From Polyangiales bacterium (GTDB lineage: Bacteria > Myxococcota_A > Polyangia > Polyangiales > JADJQN01), in NCBI GenBank assembly GCA_964202905.1, contig CAXNJO010000013.1, forward strand, positions 64,001 to 128,000: DNA of 64,000 nt. Direction: 5' to 3'. Below the pieces are notes generated by a model. The model saw nothing but the letters and a program-made list of their open reading frames with translations. It ran no database searches and was not told the origin of the DNA. This document shows, one piece after another, positions 41,465 to 52,167 of this stretch. Made by a program: the position numbers and the translations under genes. How positions within the stretch are numbered: position 1 is the stretch's first letter; every line of letters starts with the position of its first letter.

Positions 41465-41944
41465 TCAGCCGTGGCTGAACCCATAGACGGCGAGCAGGCC
41501 GTAGGCCACAGCCATGAAGGCGCCTGCGAAGCGCAGCACGCCCAGCGTCGTGCGAACCTGTGACGGAAGGTGCTGCTGCTGGCAGAACTCGGCGCGGCCC
41601 GCGTGGCTCAAGGTGTGATTGAGGGCCACGAAGATCGCGTGCGCTGCGACGCCGCCCGAGAGCACCGACAGCAGCTTCAGGTTACCCGCACTGAAATAGG
41701 TCATCGAGCCCACCAGCACCGCGATACCCAGGCCGAAGCTCGCCTCCATGCGGTGAAAGATCATGCCAATGCTCGTCCAGCGGAGCGTGTCCTCCGACGG
41801 AGAGTTCGCGAGGACGGCCCGCAGCGGATAGCGGAAGAGAAAGCGGAGCGCCCAGTCGTTGAAGGAAAAGAACGCGCCGAACATCACGAGGTAGTTCAGC
41901 GCGAAGAAGTACAAGGCATAGGTGAGGACGGTCTCGAACGGCAT
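41465..41944 (-). CDS. Hypothetical membrane protein
   Basis: MPFETVLTYALYFF..., several hydrophobic helices. Confidence 0.65.
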   Translation of the reverse strand: MPFETVLTYALYFFALNYLVMFGAFFSFNDWALRFLFRYPLRAVLANSPSEDTLRWTSIGMIFHRMEASFGLGIAVLVGSMTYFSAGNLKLLSVLSGGVAAHAIFVALNHTLSHAGRAEFCQQQHLPSQVRTTLGVLRFAGAFMAVAYGLLAVYGFSHG

Positions 41945-42024
41945 GGGTCGTGGCTCCTGGTCTCTTACGTCGCGCGGTGGTTGAGGTGTGCGGTCGCGTG
42001 GTCGTGGGGCCTCGGAGGGCGCGC

Positions 42025-42489
42025 TCAGCTCGCAGCGGTCTTCGGCCCGCGCACGACGCGCTCCTCGAGTCCCCGAAGGACGATGAGGAACAGTCCGCCC
42101 ATCATCCGGGACATCATCGTCTTGCCCATCAACCAGCCGATGGGCCCGAACTTCACCTCGAAGTCCATGCTCATCTTCGCGCACGACCGCCCCGCATCGA
42201 CGGGCTCCTTGCTGAGAGTGGCGATGGCCTTGTTGAGGGGAAGCGAGAACTCCGAGAGCTCGGTCCGGTAGAATCGACCGTCTTGCCAGTCGATGACCTT
42301 CTCGACCATCGAGGTTCCGTCCTGGAGGTGGCAACGCCTGCACGCGCCGACGCCCGCGGTGGCGTCGCTGAGCACGCCCATCTTGCTGCCGCGGGGATGG
42401 AAGTCGTCGATGTGCATGAAGCGCCCGAGGACTGCCCAGACCCGGTCAGCGGACGCCTCGATGTCGATGCTGCGTTCGGTCGTGATCAC
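42025..42489 (-). CDS. SRPBCC / polyketide cyclase-like protein
   Basis: SIDIEASADRVWAVL...HP pattern. Confidence 0.8.
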   Translation of the reverse strand: MITTERSIDIEASADRVWAVLGRFMHIDDFHPRGSKMGVLSDATAGVGACRRCHLQDGTSMVEKVIDWQDGRFYRTELSEFSLPLNKAIATLSKEPVDAGRSCAKMSMDFEVKFGPIGWLMGKTMMSRMMGGLFLIVLRGLEERVVRGPKTAAS

Positions 42490-42513
42490 GTGGACGTGTC
42501 CATGGTTGCCGCG

Positions 42514-42535
42514 AATCTAACCGATCAGTTAGATT
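42514..42535. promoter_or_regulatory. Putative TetR operator
   Basis: Near-perfect palindrome AATCTAACCGATCAGTTAGATT between divergent SRPBCC and TetR genes. Confidence 0.65.
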
Positions 42536-42599
42536 GGCGTCAAGCGGGCCGACATCGACGTCGGGCGTGTAAGGTCCAGTCAGGAACGAGAGGAACCGC

Positions 42600-43202
42600 G
42601 TGGGACGAAAGAAGGGCTACGAACCAGGAGACCTCGTCGAATCCGCGATGGCGCTGTTCCACGCGCACGGCTTCGCCGGCACCTCGACGCAGATGCTGGT
42701 GGAGAAGCTCGGCGTGAACCGCAACAGCATGTACGCGGAGTTCGGCAGCAAGCAGGCGCTCTTCGACGCGGCTCTGCGGCGGTACGAGCAGCAGTTCATG
42801 AACGACGTCTTCGGCCAGCTCGAAGCCGCCGACGCTGGCCTCGACTCGATCGCCGCGCTGTTCGAGCGCTTCGGCAAGGATGCCGCGGGCCCCGCCTCGG
42901 GACTTGGCTGCCTCCTCTGCAATACGGCGGTAGAGCTCGCGGGCGACGATTCCAGCGGGGAACCCTTCGTCCAGCGATACTTCGGGCGCGTTCAGGCCGC
43001 CTTCCAGAATGCCTTGGCCAACGCCCGACGAGCGGGAGACCTCCAGCTTGGCGTCGTGGCCGTGGACGAAGCGCGTTTCCTGACGGCAACCGCCCTGGGC
43101 ATCTTCGTCATGGTGCGTGCGCGCACGGCGCCCATCGTCGTACAAGGCTCGGCTCGGGTGGTGAAGCGCCATCTCGACGGCCTGCGGGCCAAGAAACCGT
43201 GA
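42600..43202 (+). CDS. TetR/AcrR family regulator
   Basis: MGRKK...AMALFHAHGFAGTS...SMYAEFGSKQALF; GCL..NT. Confidence 0.92.
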   Translation: MGRKKGYEPGDLVESAMALFHAHGFAGTSTQMLVEKLGVNRNSMYAEFGSKQALFDAALRRYEQQFMNDVFGQLEAADAGLDSIAALFERFGKDAAGPASGLGCLLCNTAVELAGDDSSGEPFVQRYFGRVQAAFQNALANARRAGDLQLGVVAVDEARFLTATALGIFVMVRARTAPIVVQGSARVVKRHLDGLRAKKP

Positions 43203-43333
43203 GAGGGCGACGGGCAGGTGAGTCGGCCCGGCCAGCGTGCGAGGCGCGGTCACGAGGTTGGGCGCGGCGTGATCGGCAGCAGCGCGCTGGCCAGTTAAAC
43301 GTCAGCGGCTCCGTCCCAGAAAAACGGGCTCCG

Positions 43334-43341
43334 GAGGGTAA
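43334..43341 (-). mobile_element. Element end J2 (8-nt remnant GAGGGTAA, cut by ISAzo13)
   Basis: Same octamer and same ISAzo13 insertion point as at 55527-55534. Confidence 0.6.
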
Positions 43342-44634
43342 GGCGGCTGATCACAACAAGTTGATCAAGTTCATCGGGGTCGGATCTCATAGTTCCATTC
43401 GCCGTGGAAGTTGTTCCTGTGAAGAGCCACCTGATTCATTTCGGCCTTCGTGATGACGATCCCGGTGGGATAGCGGCCCTTGTCGAGCTTGGCTTTGACG
43501 CGGAGTCCGGCAGACGTTCGCGTGTGACCGATGAGCTCGACTACCGTTTCGAAGGTGCGCAGCGGCTTCCCGCGCCAGTTCTGCGTGATGTGGCAGAAGA
43601 GGCGGTGTTCGATCTTGTTCCACTTGCTGGTGCCCGGAGGAAAGTGGGAGACACAAACACGGACGCCGAACTCGCTGGCGAAGTTCTGCAGCTCGAACTT
43701 CCATGCGCGAAGCCGATAGCCGTTGCTGCCGCCCGCATCGGCGGTGATGAAGATCTCGTGTGCATCGGGATACGCGCGCAGGCCCATCGTTCTCCACCAC
43801 TGGCGGATCGATGCGACGGCAAACGCCGGCGTGTCGTGGTCGCGGCCGACGCTGACGTACGCCTCATTGCGCGCCATGTCGTAGACGCCGTAGGGGATGG
43901 CTTTGCCCAGCGCGTCGTCAGGGAAGTCGTGCACCAGCACCTTCTCCGGCGTGCCCTGAGGCTGCCACTCCTTTCCCGCGTTCTTGAAGTCGCCGACGAG
44001 TTCCTTCTTCTTCGTGTCCACGGAGATCACCGGCTGTCGCCGCCCGAGGAAGTTCTCGGCCGTGGCGTTGATGTGCTCGAACTGAGCATTGCGATCGGGA
44101 TGCACCGCGCCCTCGGTGCTTTTGCGCGCCGACTGGAGGCTGTAGCCAAGCTCGTGCAGCAAGCGACCCACTGTCGTGGAGCTCACCCTCCAGCCACCCT
44201 TCACCATCGCGGCGGCGAGCTGTGCGCGGCTCTTGCACGTCCAGCGAAGTGGCGACATCGGGTCGCCGCGCGTCAACGGATCTACCAACGCTTCGAGTGC
44301 CGCCTTGAGCCCCGGCTGGATCTGCTCGAGTCGCGGACGCCCGCCGCCAGGGCCACGCACTCGTCCAGTCAGTGCGACCCCCAACTCCAATTCCCGACGG
44401 CCATTGCGAATCGTCTGCCTCGCAAGGCCAGTCGCTGCCGACACCAAGGCATCGCCACCGTACCCGATCGCCCGAGACTCCGAAGCCGCCCAGAGACGCC
44501 GGGCCCGCTCGTCGAACAACCCGCTGACCGCCACGTACTTGGCCACGATGGTCTCTTCGATCGCTGTGTTGCGGCGCATCTCCACCTTAGATCACCACTC
44601 GCTCAAGATGGCAAGCTAGATCTGGCCGGGTTCC
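43342..44634 (-). mobile_element. ISAzo13 family IS, copy 1 (1293 bp)
   Basis: Inverted copy of 55535-56827; GG termini. Confidence 0.92.
43371..44585 (-). CDS. ISAzo13 family DDE transposase
   Basis: TRGDPMSPLRWT, HPDRNAQF, ISVDTKKKE, DAGGSNG, PPGTSKWNKIEHRLF, GEWNY. Confidence 0.95.
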   Translation of the reverse strand: MEMRRNTAIEETIVAKYVAVSGLFDERARRLWAASESRAIGYGGDALVSAATGLARQTIRNGRRELELGVALTGRVRGPGGGRPRLEQIQPGLKAALEALVDPLTRGDPMSPLRWTCKSRAQLAAAMVKGGWRVSSTTVGRLLHELGYSLQSARKSTEGAVHPDRNAQFEHINATAENFLGRRQPVISVDTKKKELVGDFKNAGKEWQPQGTPEKVLVHDFPDDALGKAIPYGVYDMARNEAYVSVGRDHDTPAFAVASIRQWWRTMGLRAYPDAHEIFITADAGGSNGYRLRAWKFELQNFASEFGVRVCVSHFPPGTSKWNKIEHRLFCHITQNWRGKPLRTFETVVELIGHTRTSAGLRVKAKLDKGRYPTGIVITKAEMNQVALHRNNFHGEWNYEIRPR

Positions 44635-44741
44635 TTAGAGTCACGCAAGACCCTTCCACGGACAGAATGGACCGTCCAGACGAGGCTTACCGAACCTCGG
44701 CGCGGCACAACGTTTGGAGCTCGTGCCCCGACTCGGCCGGG

Positions 44742-45005
44742 CTACCCCGTCGTCTTCTGGGCTTCGTCGGAATGGGTTGTTTCCGCAGGGGGGAACAAGT
44801 GACTCATTGGAACCTTGTAGGCAAGAGCAGTTGCAACCAAGGAAGCAATGGTCACGTTTGTCTTGCCGTTCTCGACACGCTGTAAACTGGTCCAGTGGAT
44901 GCCGATGAGCTCGGCTGCTGCTTCACGCGACAGACCCCGAGCCTTGCGAAGCTCACGAAGACGAGCTGCCAGGCCGCGCCCGCTCTCGCTCGATCGCAGC
45001 AACAA
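44742..45005 (-). CDS. XRE family helix-turn-helix regulator
   Basis: RLRELRKARGLSREAAAELIGIHWTSLQRVENGKTN; TTG start inferred. Confidence 0.8.
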   Translation of the reverse strand: MLLRSSESGRGLAARLRELRKARGLSREAAAELIGIHWTSLQRVENGKTNVTIASLVATALAYKVPMSHLFPPAETTHSDEAQKTTG

Positions 45006-45054
45006 CCTCGGGACGCTCCCAGACCTCTGAACGGTCGTGATCGTTGGGGGGCGT

Positions 45055-45989
45055 GAGGGTAACCGATCCAAGCCACCTTTGCTGAAACGGCGTTTGCTCC
45101 GGGGTTTGCGAGTCGGCGAGGCAGAGAAGGTCGCGCTGTTCGCGCCGGAGCTGCTGGGGGCAGAACTGGGCGTTTTCCCGCGCGAAAGACAGAGCGGTGC
45201 AGCAGGACGCGCCGAGGAGCGGTCCGTGGAGTCAACGAGGGGTGTGCGGCTGCGGTGGGCTACGCGGCGTAGTCGTCGGCGGGGTCTCGGGCCTTGGCGA
45301 GCGGCGGCGCCTCGGCGGGTCTGCCGAGGTGACGTAGGAAGCGCCGGACTTGAACTTGGTCGCGGAGCACAGCCATGAGGCGCAGGCGACCGTGGCACTT
45401 GGGGCAGTCGAGCACGTCGATATCGTGGCTGCGGCGGAGCAGGTGGGCCCAGCTCGCGGTGGGTCGGGTCATCAGGAGGGCGCCGTCGAGGAGCCTGCGG
45501 AGGTGCTCGTCGGTGAGGATGTACGGTGAGCAGAGCGCGGAGGGTGGAGGCTCGTCCGGCGCCGCGGTGTCGGCGGCGTAGAGCAGGTCGATGTCGCGGA
45601 CATCATCGTCGCTCGGCGCGATGTACGCAGCGGGTGCGATGCCGCCGATGTCGTGCTCGTGATGCGCGCAGCCTGGCGATGGCTCTCCGTCGCGCTCACC
45701 GCACTCAGGCTCGTTCGGTACGCGCGCGGTGATGCGTACGAGCTTCGCGCGGAGCCGACGAGGCTTGGGCACCACGAGCCTTCGCCACGAGTGGCCGGGG
45801 GCGAAGACTCCGTGATAGCGGAGCAGCGGATGGCGCGGACTCGGCACCAGCGCAGCGATGCGCGCCATGAGCTCGGAGCCCGTCATCACGCGATGGGTCC
45901 GAGCGCCGCGGCCGTACTTGGTGCGGTAGCTGTAGCGGCCGTCGGCGAGCTTCTCGAGGCGCTCGAGCGCGATCGCTGGCCTCGCGCAG
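45055..45989 (-). mobile_element. IS91/ISCR-like unit J3: end plus transposase 3' fragment
   Basis: Near-identical to 38755-39689; breaks after CTCGCGCAG. Confidence 0.92.
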
Positions 45990-45993
45990 GCGG

Positions 45994-46554
45994 ATGAGTC
46001 AGACTCTGAGAAGCCGTCCACCGGGCACCATGAAGCTGACAAAGCTCCAAGACTATCTGCGATGCGAGCGTCAGGTTCACGTCGCACTGCGTTCCAGTCC
46101 GAAGTCAGTCGGCGCAGCCCCCATCGACGATGTCACGGTGTCCGTGTCGGACGATGGAATCATGAGAATCGCGGATGGGCGCTCAGGACGAAACTCGTTT
46201 CGAGTGTTTTTTGCGGGGCGCGTCGAGGACATCGATGGAATCCCAACATTTGTGGGACACTCTGCAATCGCACCGGAGGTAGATTGGATACAGTGGTTGT
46301 TCGCCGTGCCCTTCGTTCTTGCAACGATCGCGATTGTCTTCGCGCGTGCGACGGGCGAATCGGAAAGCGACCATTCCCCGCTGTGGACTTGGGTTGTCTA
46401 CGCCGGACTTGGAGTGGTTCCCATTCTCGTGCGAGTGGCCGCTTGGATAGCTTCGTCAGAAAGCCACGAATACGTCGTGAGCGCTTTGCCAGCGCTGCTT
46501 CGCAAGCAGCTGTTCGCGGCCGGGAGGGTAACCGATCCAAGCCACCTTTGCTGA
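45994..46554 (+). CDS. Hypothetical 2-TM protein, lower GC, stop supplied by the next element end
   Basis: 186-aa ORF with two hydrophobic helices; last codons RVTDPSHLC come from J4. Confidence 0.6.
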   Translation: MSQTLRSRPPGTMKLTKLQDYLRCERQVHVALRSSPKSVGAAPIDDVTVSVSDDGIMRIADGRSGRNSFRVFFAGRVEDIDGIPTFVGHSAIAPEVDWIQWLFAVPFVLATIAIVFARATGESESDHSPLWTWVVYAGLGVVPILVRVAAWIASSESHEYVVSALPALLRKQLFAAGRVTDPSHLC

Positions 46555-46783
46555 AACGGCGTTTGCTCCGGGGTTTGCGAGTCGGCGAGGCAGAGAAGGT
46601 CGCGCTGTTCGCGCCGGAGCTGCTGGGGGCAGAACTGGGCGTTTTCCCGCGCGAAAGACAGAGCGGTGCAGCAGGACGCGCCGAGGAGCGGTCCGTGGAG
46701 TCAACGAGGGGTGTGCGGCTGCGGTGGGCTACGCGGCGTAGTCGTCGGCGGGGTCTCGGGCCTTGGCGAGCGGCGGCGCCTCG
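46524..46783 (-). mobile_element. IS91/ISCR-like unit J4: end plus about 55 nt of transposase
   Basis: Matches the first 260 nt of J1. Confidence 0.92.
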
Positions 46784-47547
46784 CCGGGCTCGCCGAACAG
46801 GGCGGGGTCATCGGTGCGCTTCCGTCCCTGCGCGTGCAGCAGCTCGTGCCGGTCAACGAGCGTGAAGCGGTGACGTCGATGCTCGCCGGCCTTGAGCGCG
46901 CCGCGGTCGAACACGTTGCTGTACACCGCTCGCGCTCGCGGCGGAGGCTCGGCGCGGTGGGCTGGCTGGCGCGAGGCCGCAGCTCGTGTGGTCGCAGTTC
47001 GACATCCCTGGAGCGCCGAGCACCGCGGCCGTCGCTCGACGTCTCTTCGGCGAGGCCGAGCACACCGTGGTGCTGTGCCACGTACTCGATCGGCCACTGG
47101 GCGGACGGCGATGAGCCCCCGCAGAACCCCGTCCTCGTCCCTCTCGCCGAGCGCATGGAGGCGGTGCCCGCCCTGAAGGTCCGCCTCTTCTTGAACGTTG
47201 CCCGCCGCAAGGCGCTCGAGGGCGCCCCGTCCACCGAGGTCGTGCAGGACTTCCGCCGGCGTTTCCTCACGTACGTCTGGCCGGCTGGCGCTCGCCTCCC
47301 GGCGATCTACTACGACCCGCGCAGCCTCGAGCGCAGCGACGCCGTGCTCCACGCCAAGTGCATCGTCGTCGACGATGCGAAGGCGCTCATCACGTCGGCC
47401 AACCTTGCGGAAGCCGCGCAGGAGAACATCGAGGCCGGCGTGCTGCTCGAGGACCCCGTGTTCGCGAAGGCGCTGCGACAGCAGTTCGACTCGCTGATCG
47501 ACGCCGGGTTGGTGCGCCTGCTGCCCGACCTGCGGGGCTCCACGTGA
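46784..47547 (+). pseudogene. drmC: DISARM DrmC-like phospholipase D domain protein, 5'-truncated and frameshifted
   Basis: QLVWS...TAAVARRLFGEAE (alternate frame), YYDPRS, LHAKCIVVD...ITSANL...NIEAG (HKD motif). Confidence 0.7.
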
Positions 47548-48498
47548 CGCAGCCCTCCGACCACTCACTCAGCCAGGAAGTCCTCGCAGCGTACGAACGC
47601 TGCATCGCCACGCCTCAACACGAGAGCGAGCGGGGTCTTGTCGAGGCGCTCGCGACGTTCTTCGAGTTCGCCGGCTCGATGCCCGCGCCGCTGCGAGACA
47701 CCGGTTCCATCACCAGACCTCGCCGCAGCAGCTCGGTGCGACCCCGGCGCGGCGCTCTGGACGCTGGCCGTCGAGGCGACATCGTGGGCCCGCGTGTACC
47801 TGTACACGAACGTCTACCGAGCGACGCAACTGGCGGGCGTGCTGGTGACCAGCCTGAACGGACGCGAGTACATCGCCTCCGCGTTCGCGGCGCGAGCGCT
47901 CTTGGAGAACGCGGCACTGTTCCGCCTCCAGTCGCCCGGCGTACAGACGGCGCTGGATGCCCTTGCCAAGGTGCCGCGTGCTCACCTCAAGCACCCGGCT
48001 CGCGAAGATCCGACCGCGGTCCACGCAGCAACGACGGCCGCTCTCGAACTCATTCGCGCTGCGCGGATCACCGCATCCAAGGGGCGGTTCAACTGGACCG
48101 CGGGCTATCGTGGCAAGCTCCTCGATGAGTACTCCGACAAGCACCTCCCGGAGCAGAACCGCCAGGACCATGTCCTCAAGGCGATCGACAAGATGAAGGT
48201 GGTCGGGGCACATCGCGCTGGGGAGACGATTCGTTTCCACTACGAGAAGGTGTGCGACTTCGTGCATCCCAACATGAGTTCGTCGATGGCGTTCCTCGAG
48301 ATCGCTGACCCGCTTGTCGACAACTTGGGCCGCCATGTGTACGCGCGGCGACCTGGGGCATCCGACCTGCTCGATGCGTTCCTCCCGGCGGTGATCGTCC
48401 CGACGCGCGAAGCCCTGACGCAGTTCACTCCGCTCGCCACGCGGATGTTCGGCACGTTGTCGGACTTGAAGTACCTCCGGTCGGGAACCGAACGGTAG
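47544..48498 (+). CDS. Hypothetical helical protein (DUF5677/HEPN-like), one frameshift near 47710
   Basis: ARALLE and YEKVCDFVHPN motifs; GTG start overlaps the drmC stop. Confidence 0.45.
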
Positions 48499-48518
48499 CG
48501 GCGAGACGCCAGTCTCCA

Positions 48519-49253
48519 TCACGGCCGGGCCCGCTCGACTCGGTCGGGACAGCGAAGTTCGAGCATCGGCTGCCCCGTTTCGTCGATCACCTCGAGCGCC
48601 CCGTCCAACCGCTCCACGCGGGCCTGCCCGTTGTAGAAAGGCTCGACCATCGCGAAACGACGCTCGTACGCCGATCGGCCATCACGACCGACGTGGTGCC
48701 AGCCATCGGCGTCACGGGCACGGGCGTAGCCCTTGTGGAAGAGGTCGAGGTCGTCGAGCCAGTGCTCGTGGATCGCTCGACCGCGCCCGTCGACGTGCGT
48801 AGAGCGGCCGTCGTCGGCCTGCACGACGGCGATCCCCTCGCGAAAGTCGCCGACGTACTTCCATGTCTCGGCGTAGACGCGGGCCCCGCCCGCAGTGATG
48901 TGGAAGTAGCGCCCGTCGCGGGCACGCACGGCGCAGCGACCGTCCTGGTAGTTGCCGCACCAGGCGTAGCGAGCGTCGGTGAGCTCGAGCCCGTGGGCCA
49001 GGATGTGGTGCCACCCGTCGATCGCGATGACCGCGGCTCGGCCCTCGTAGAAGCCGAAGGTGCGGACGAACCGGTCTCTGTACGCTGCGCGTCCGTCCGG
49101 ATGGATGTGCCACGCCTCGCTGCCGCGCCGCACCGCAGCGACCCCCGGTGCTTGGAACGGCAGCACGTCGTCGAACCGCTCGCTGTACGCGGGGTGGTCG
49201 TCACGGATGTGGTGCGTCCCGTCGCGGGACACCGAGAGCGTCGACCAGCTCAC
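48519..49253 (-). CDS. WG-repeat-like protein
   Basis: Repeats FYEGRAAV, YQDGRCAV, FREGIAVV, FHKGYARA, FYNGQARV. Confidence 0.75.
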   Translation of the reverse strand: MSWSTLSVSRDGTHHIRDDHPAYSERFDDVLPFQAPGVAAVRRGSEAWHIHPDGRAAYRDRFVRTFGFYEGRAAVIAIDGWHHILAHGLELTDARYAWCGNYQDGRCAVRARDGRYFHITAGGARVYAETWKYVGDFREGIAVVQADDGRSTHVDGRGRAIHEHWLDDLDLFHKGYARARDADGWHHVGRDGRSAYERRFAMVEPFYNGQARVERLDGALEVIDETGQPMLELRCPDRVERARP

Positions 49254-51600
49254 GACGGAACTCCGGCCGGCCGGCGCATGTTGCAGCCGACGCACAGCGA
49301 CCGCGTCCGGTACGATCGAACGAGCGACCCGTAGGTGTCGCCGCGCCAGACCTCCATCAGCGGGAACTCGTGCAGGTTGCCGAGCTCGCCGAGCGTTCTG
49401 CGCTGGGCGTCCGGTGCGCAGCACGGATCGAAGCGGCCTTCGGCGCTCACCCACGCCTCCTGCCCGAGGAACGGGCACGCGCCACCCGGGGCGATGTCGG
49501 CTGGCGCGTTCTCGTCGAGCAAGAAGATGTTCTCTACCGAGACGGTACGGCCGCTCGCGAGGGGATGCTCGTCCACCGCCCGGCGAGCGTCCAGCACGGC
49601 GGCGTTCCAGCGGCGCACCGCCTCCGGGCTCCGACGCATGGAGAGGTGCTCGATCTCCGCGAAGTGCGCCCAGAGGTGGTGGCCCTTCACCCGGTCGACG
49701 CCCAGGGACGCCGCGAGCCGGACGATGTCCGCGAGCTCGGAAACGTTCGTCTCGAGGAACGTGAGCTGGAACGTGACGCGGCACCGATTGCTCCCCGCCG
49801 CGGCGTGAGCGTCGCGGACGCCGATGAACGTCCGCACGTTCTCGAGAACGGTCTCCCAGCGCGTGCCGACCATGATCTTCTCGTGGGTCTCGGCCGTCGC
49901 GCCGTTCCACGAGATCTTCACGTCCGACGTGACGGGCACGATGAGCTCGGCAGCCCCGAGCACCGAGGCGCGGGAAGGTCCCGTTCGTCGTCAGGTTCAG
50001 CTTCACGTCGTACTCGCGGACGAGCGCAACGATCTCCTCGAAGTCGTCGTAGAGGAGCGGCTCGCCCATCGTCGAGGGGATGACCTCGCGCAGGCCGTGC
50101 GGGGCCGCGTCCGCGATCACCTTCCGGACGAGCTCGATAGGCATCACACGGCGCGGCTTCCCTGCTTCCTTGCGGCGGACCTGGAGCAGCGAGTGGTCCG
50201 AGTGCTCCTCGCACATGACGCACTTGAGGTTGCAGGTGTCCGGGTTGGTGTCGAAGGTCACGCGCCACGGGCCAGGCAGCGACGAGATGCGGGCGGAGTT
50301 CCGACGCGAGAGCGCGCCCGTGTAGACGCGCTCGATCGCGGTGGCGTGCGCGCCGATGTCGATGACGTCGCCGCTCATCGACGCCAGATAGCCCCGCGCA
50401 CCGAGCTGCACCGCCATCATGGGCTCGCTCGCCATGCGGCCCATCTGTCGAGCGAGCGAGGCGGGATCTCGGAAGTCGAAGAGGAGGCCATTCGCCCCGT
50501 GCTGCACGAGCTCGGCCATGCCGCCGACGTTCGCCGTGATGACCGGAACGCGAGCCTGGAGCGCCTCGTGGATCACGAGCGGCGAGTTCTCCACCCAGAT
50601 GGACGGGACGACGATCGCGTCCACGCGCTCGAGGACGTCGCGAACGACGTGCTCGTTCTCGTACTCCGGCAGCCACTCCACCCGATCTCCGGCGCGGTGC
50701 GGGAGGCGATCAGCCAACGCTCGGAGCGCGTCCGTTTCCTGTCCGCGAGGTCGACCCCAGATCCGCAGCCGTGCGTCGGAGTCGATGCGCCCGAACGCCT
50801 CCAGCAAGAGCTGCACGCCCTTCGCGGGGATGTGCGTGCCGATGTAGCCGAACGTGAACGGCTCGCCTGGTCGCCGCCGTCGGCCCGCGAGCCGAGCTCG
50901 GTCGAAGCCGTAGTCCATGTGCACGAGCTTGGCGGGCGAGGGCGCGGCCGCAGCTCGGTGAGCGTGCCGGCCGGTGCTCGTAGCCGGGCGACGAAGGCGT
51001 CGACGAGCTCGGCCATCTCGCGGACGTGCTGCATCCGCCGGGCGACCCAGCCCTTCCAGTGATCGACGTCCGCGGAGAGCTCGGCGTGGGCGCCCGAGAA
51101 GTAGCGGGCGTAGCACCGGCGGGCGCATCTCGCACGAGAACTGATCGCGTGCACGAGCGAACGGGCTCATCCGTCGTCGGCGTGCATCTGCATGACACCG
51201 GTTGACCGCACACAATCCAGCGTCGCAGAACGTCGAGACGGATCGGCGAATCACGTGCCGACGCCTCGCGGACGAGCGAGGTCGAGAGGTGGTTGAGGTG
51301 CCCGACGTGAACGACGTCGGGGTGCACGCGGTCGAGGAGCTCCGCGAAGCGCTGGTCGACGCCGGCATGACGGTAGCGGTCGCGTGATCGGGCGACGTTC
51401 ACGACGTGGAGCGCGACGCGAGGATCTCCTGCGTCGGCTTCGGTCCTGACCGCGAAGTCGGGCCGGAAGGGGTCTTCCTCGCGCGTGAAGACGTGGACCT
51501 CATGCCGTCGTGCGAGCGCACGGCAGAGGTTCTGCGTGTAGACCTCCGATCCCGCGTTGTAGCGGGGCGGATAGCCGTGGATGACGTGGACGAGGCGCAT
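49250..51600 (-). CDS. GT4 glycosyltransferase - radical SAM (SPASM/twitch) fusion, several frameshifts
   Basis: HGYPPRYNAGSE, VPSIWVENSPLVIHEA joined in frame to CNLKCVMC, MGEPL, TTNG; C-terminal CPFL..PCC..CVGC. Confidence 0.78.
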
Positions 51601-51661
51601 GGGGCGGCGATGCCGCGGGGCCGATCCGAAGACCGACCCCGCGGCGTTCGTTCCGCGACCT

Positions 51662-51868
51662 TCAGTCGTTGTTGCCCAGCGGCCCGAACTGCTCGAAGTC
51701 GTCGCCGACGTTGCCGACGCTGCCCGTGACGGTGCCGATGGGCTCCTTCGGCTGCGGCTCCCCGCGCGAGGCCCGGTAGACCGGGTCGTGCGGGTTCAGC
51801 TGCCTCGACCTGTTGTCGAGTTCAGCCTGCTTCGGGGTGGAGGGCTTCGATGCGTTGCGATGGCTCAT
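51662..51868 (-). CDS. Small hypothetical protein (NRSRQLNP motif)
   Basis: MSHRNASK...LDNRSRQLNPHDPVY; GGAG RBS upstream. Confidence 0.6.
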   Translation of the reverse strand: MSHRNASKPSTPKQAELDNRSRQLNPHDPVYRASRGEPQPKEPIGTVTGSVGNVGDDFEQFGPLGNND

Positions 51869-52167
51869 GGTGCTGTCTCCGGTGGGTTGCCGTGGAGCAC
51901 TCGCGAATCCGATCACCTCGGGGCCGCCGGACCAATGGCGCACAGGCTCGCGCCTGTGGAACGGATCGTTGAGGAGTCGAGGGTTGAGCTGGCCCGACGC
52001 GGTACGTTCCCAACGTGCACGGCTGCGAAACCGTGAACGCCCCCGGCGACTCCTCGGGGTGAAGGGAGGTAACGCGTCGATGGAAACGATCGGCTGAACC
52101 CCGGCCGACCGTCAAGAGGGGCGCCGCGACAGAGGGCGCCGCGACACGGAGATGGATGCCTCCGCGC

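Noticed and set aside
42518..42526. TAACCGATC shared between the TetR operator and the element end
   Set aside because: Only 9 nt, explained by the operator palindrome, and lacks GAGGG.
52064..52073. GGGAGGTAAC as an eighth element end
   Set aside because: Not identical to GAGGGTAA and no downstream similarity.
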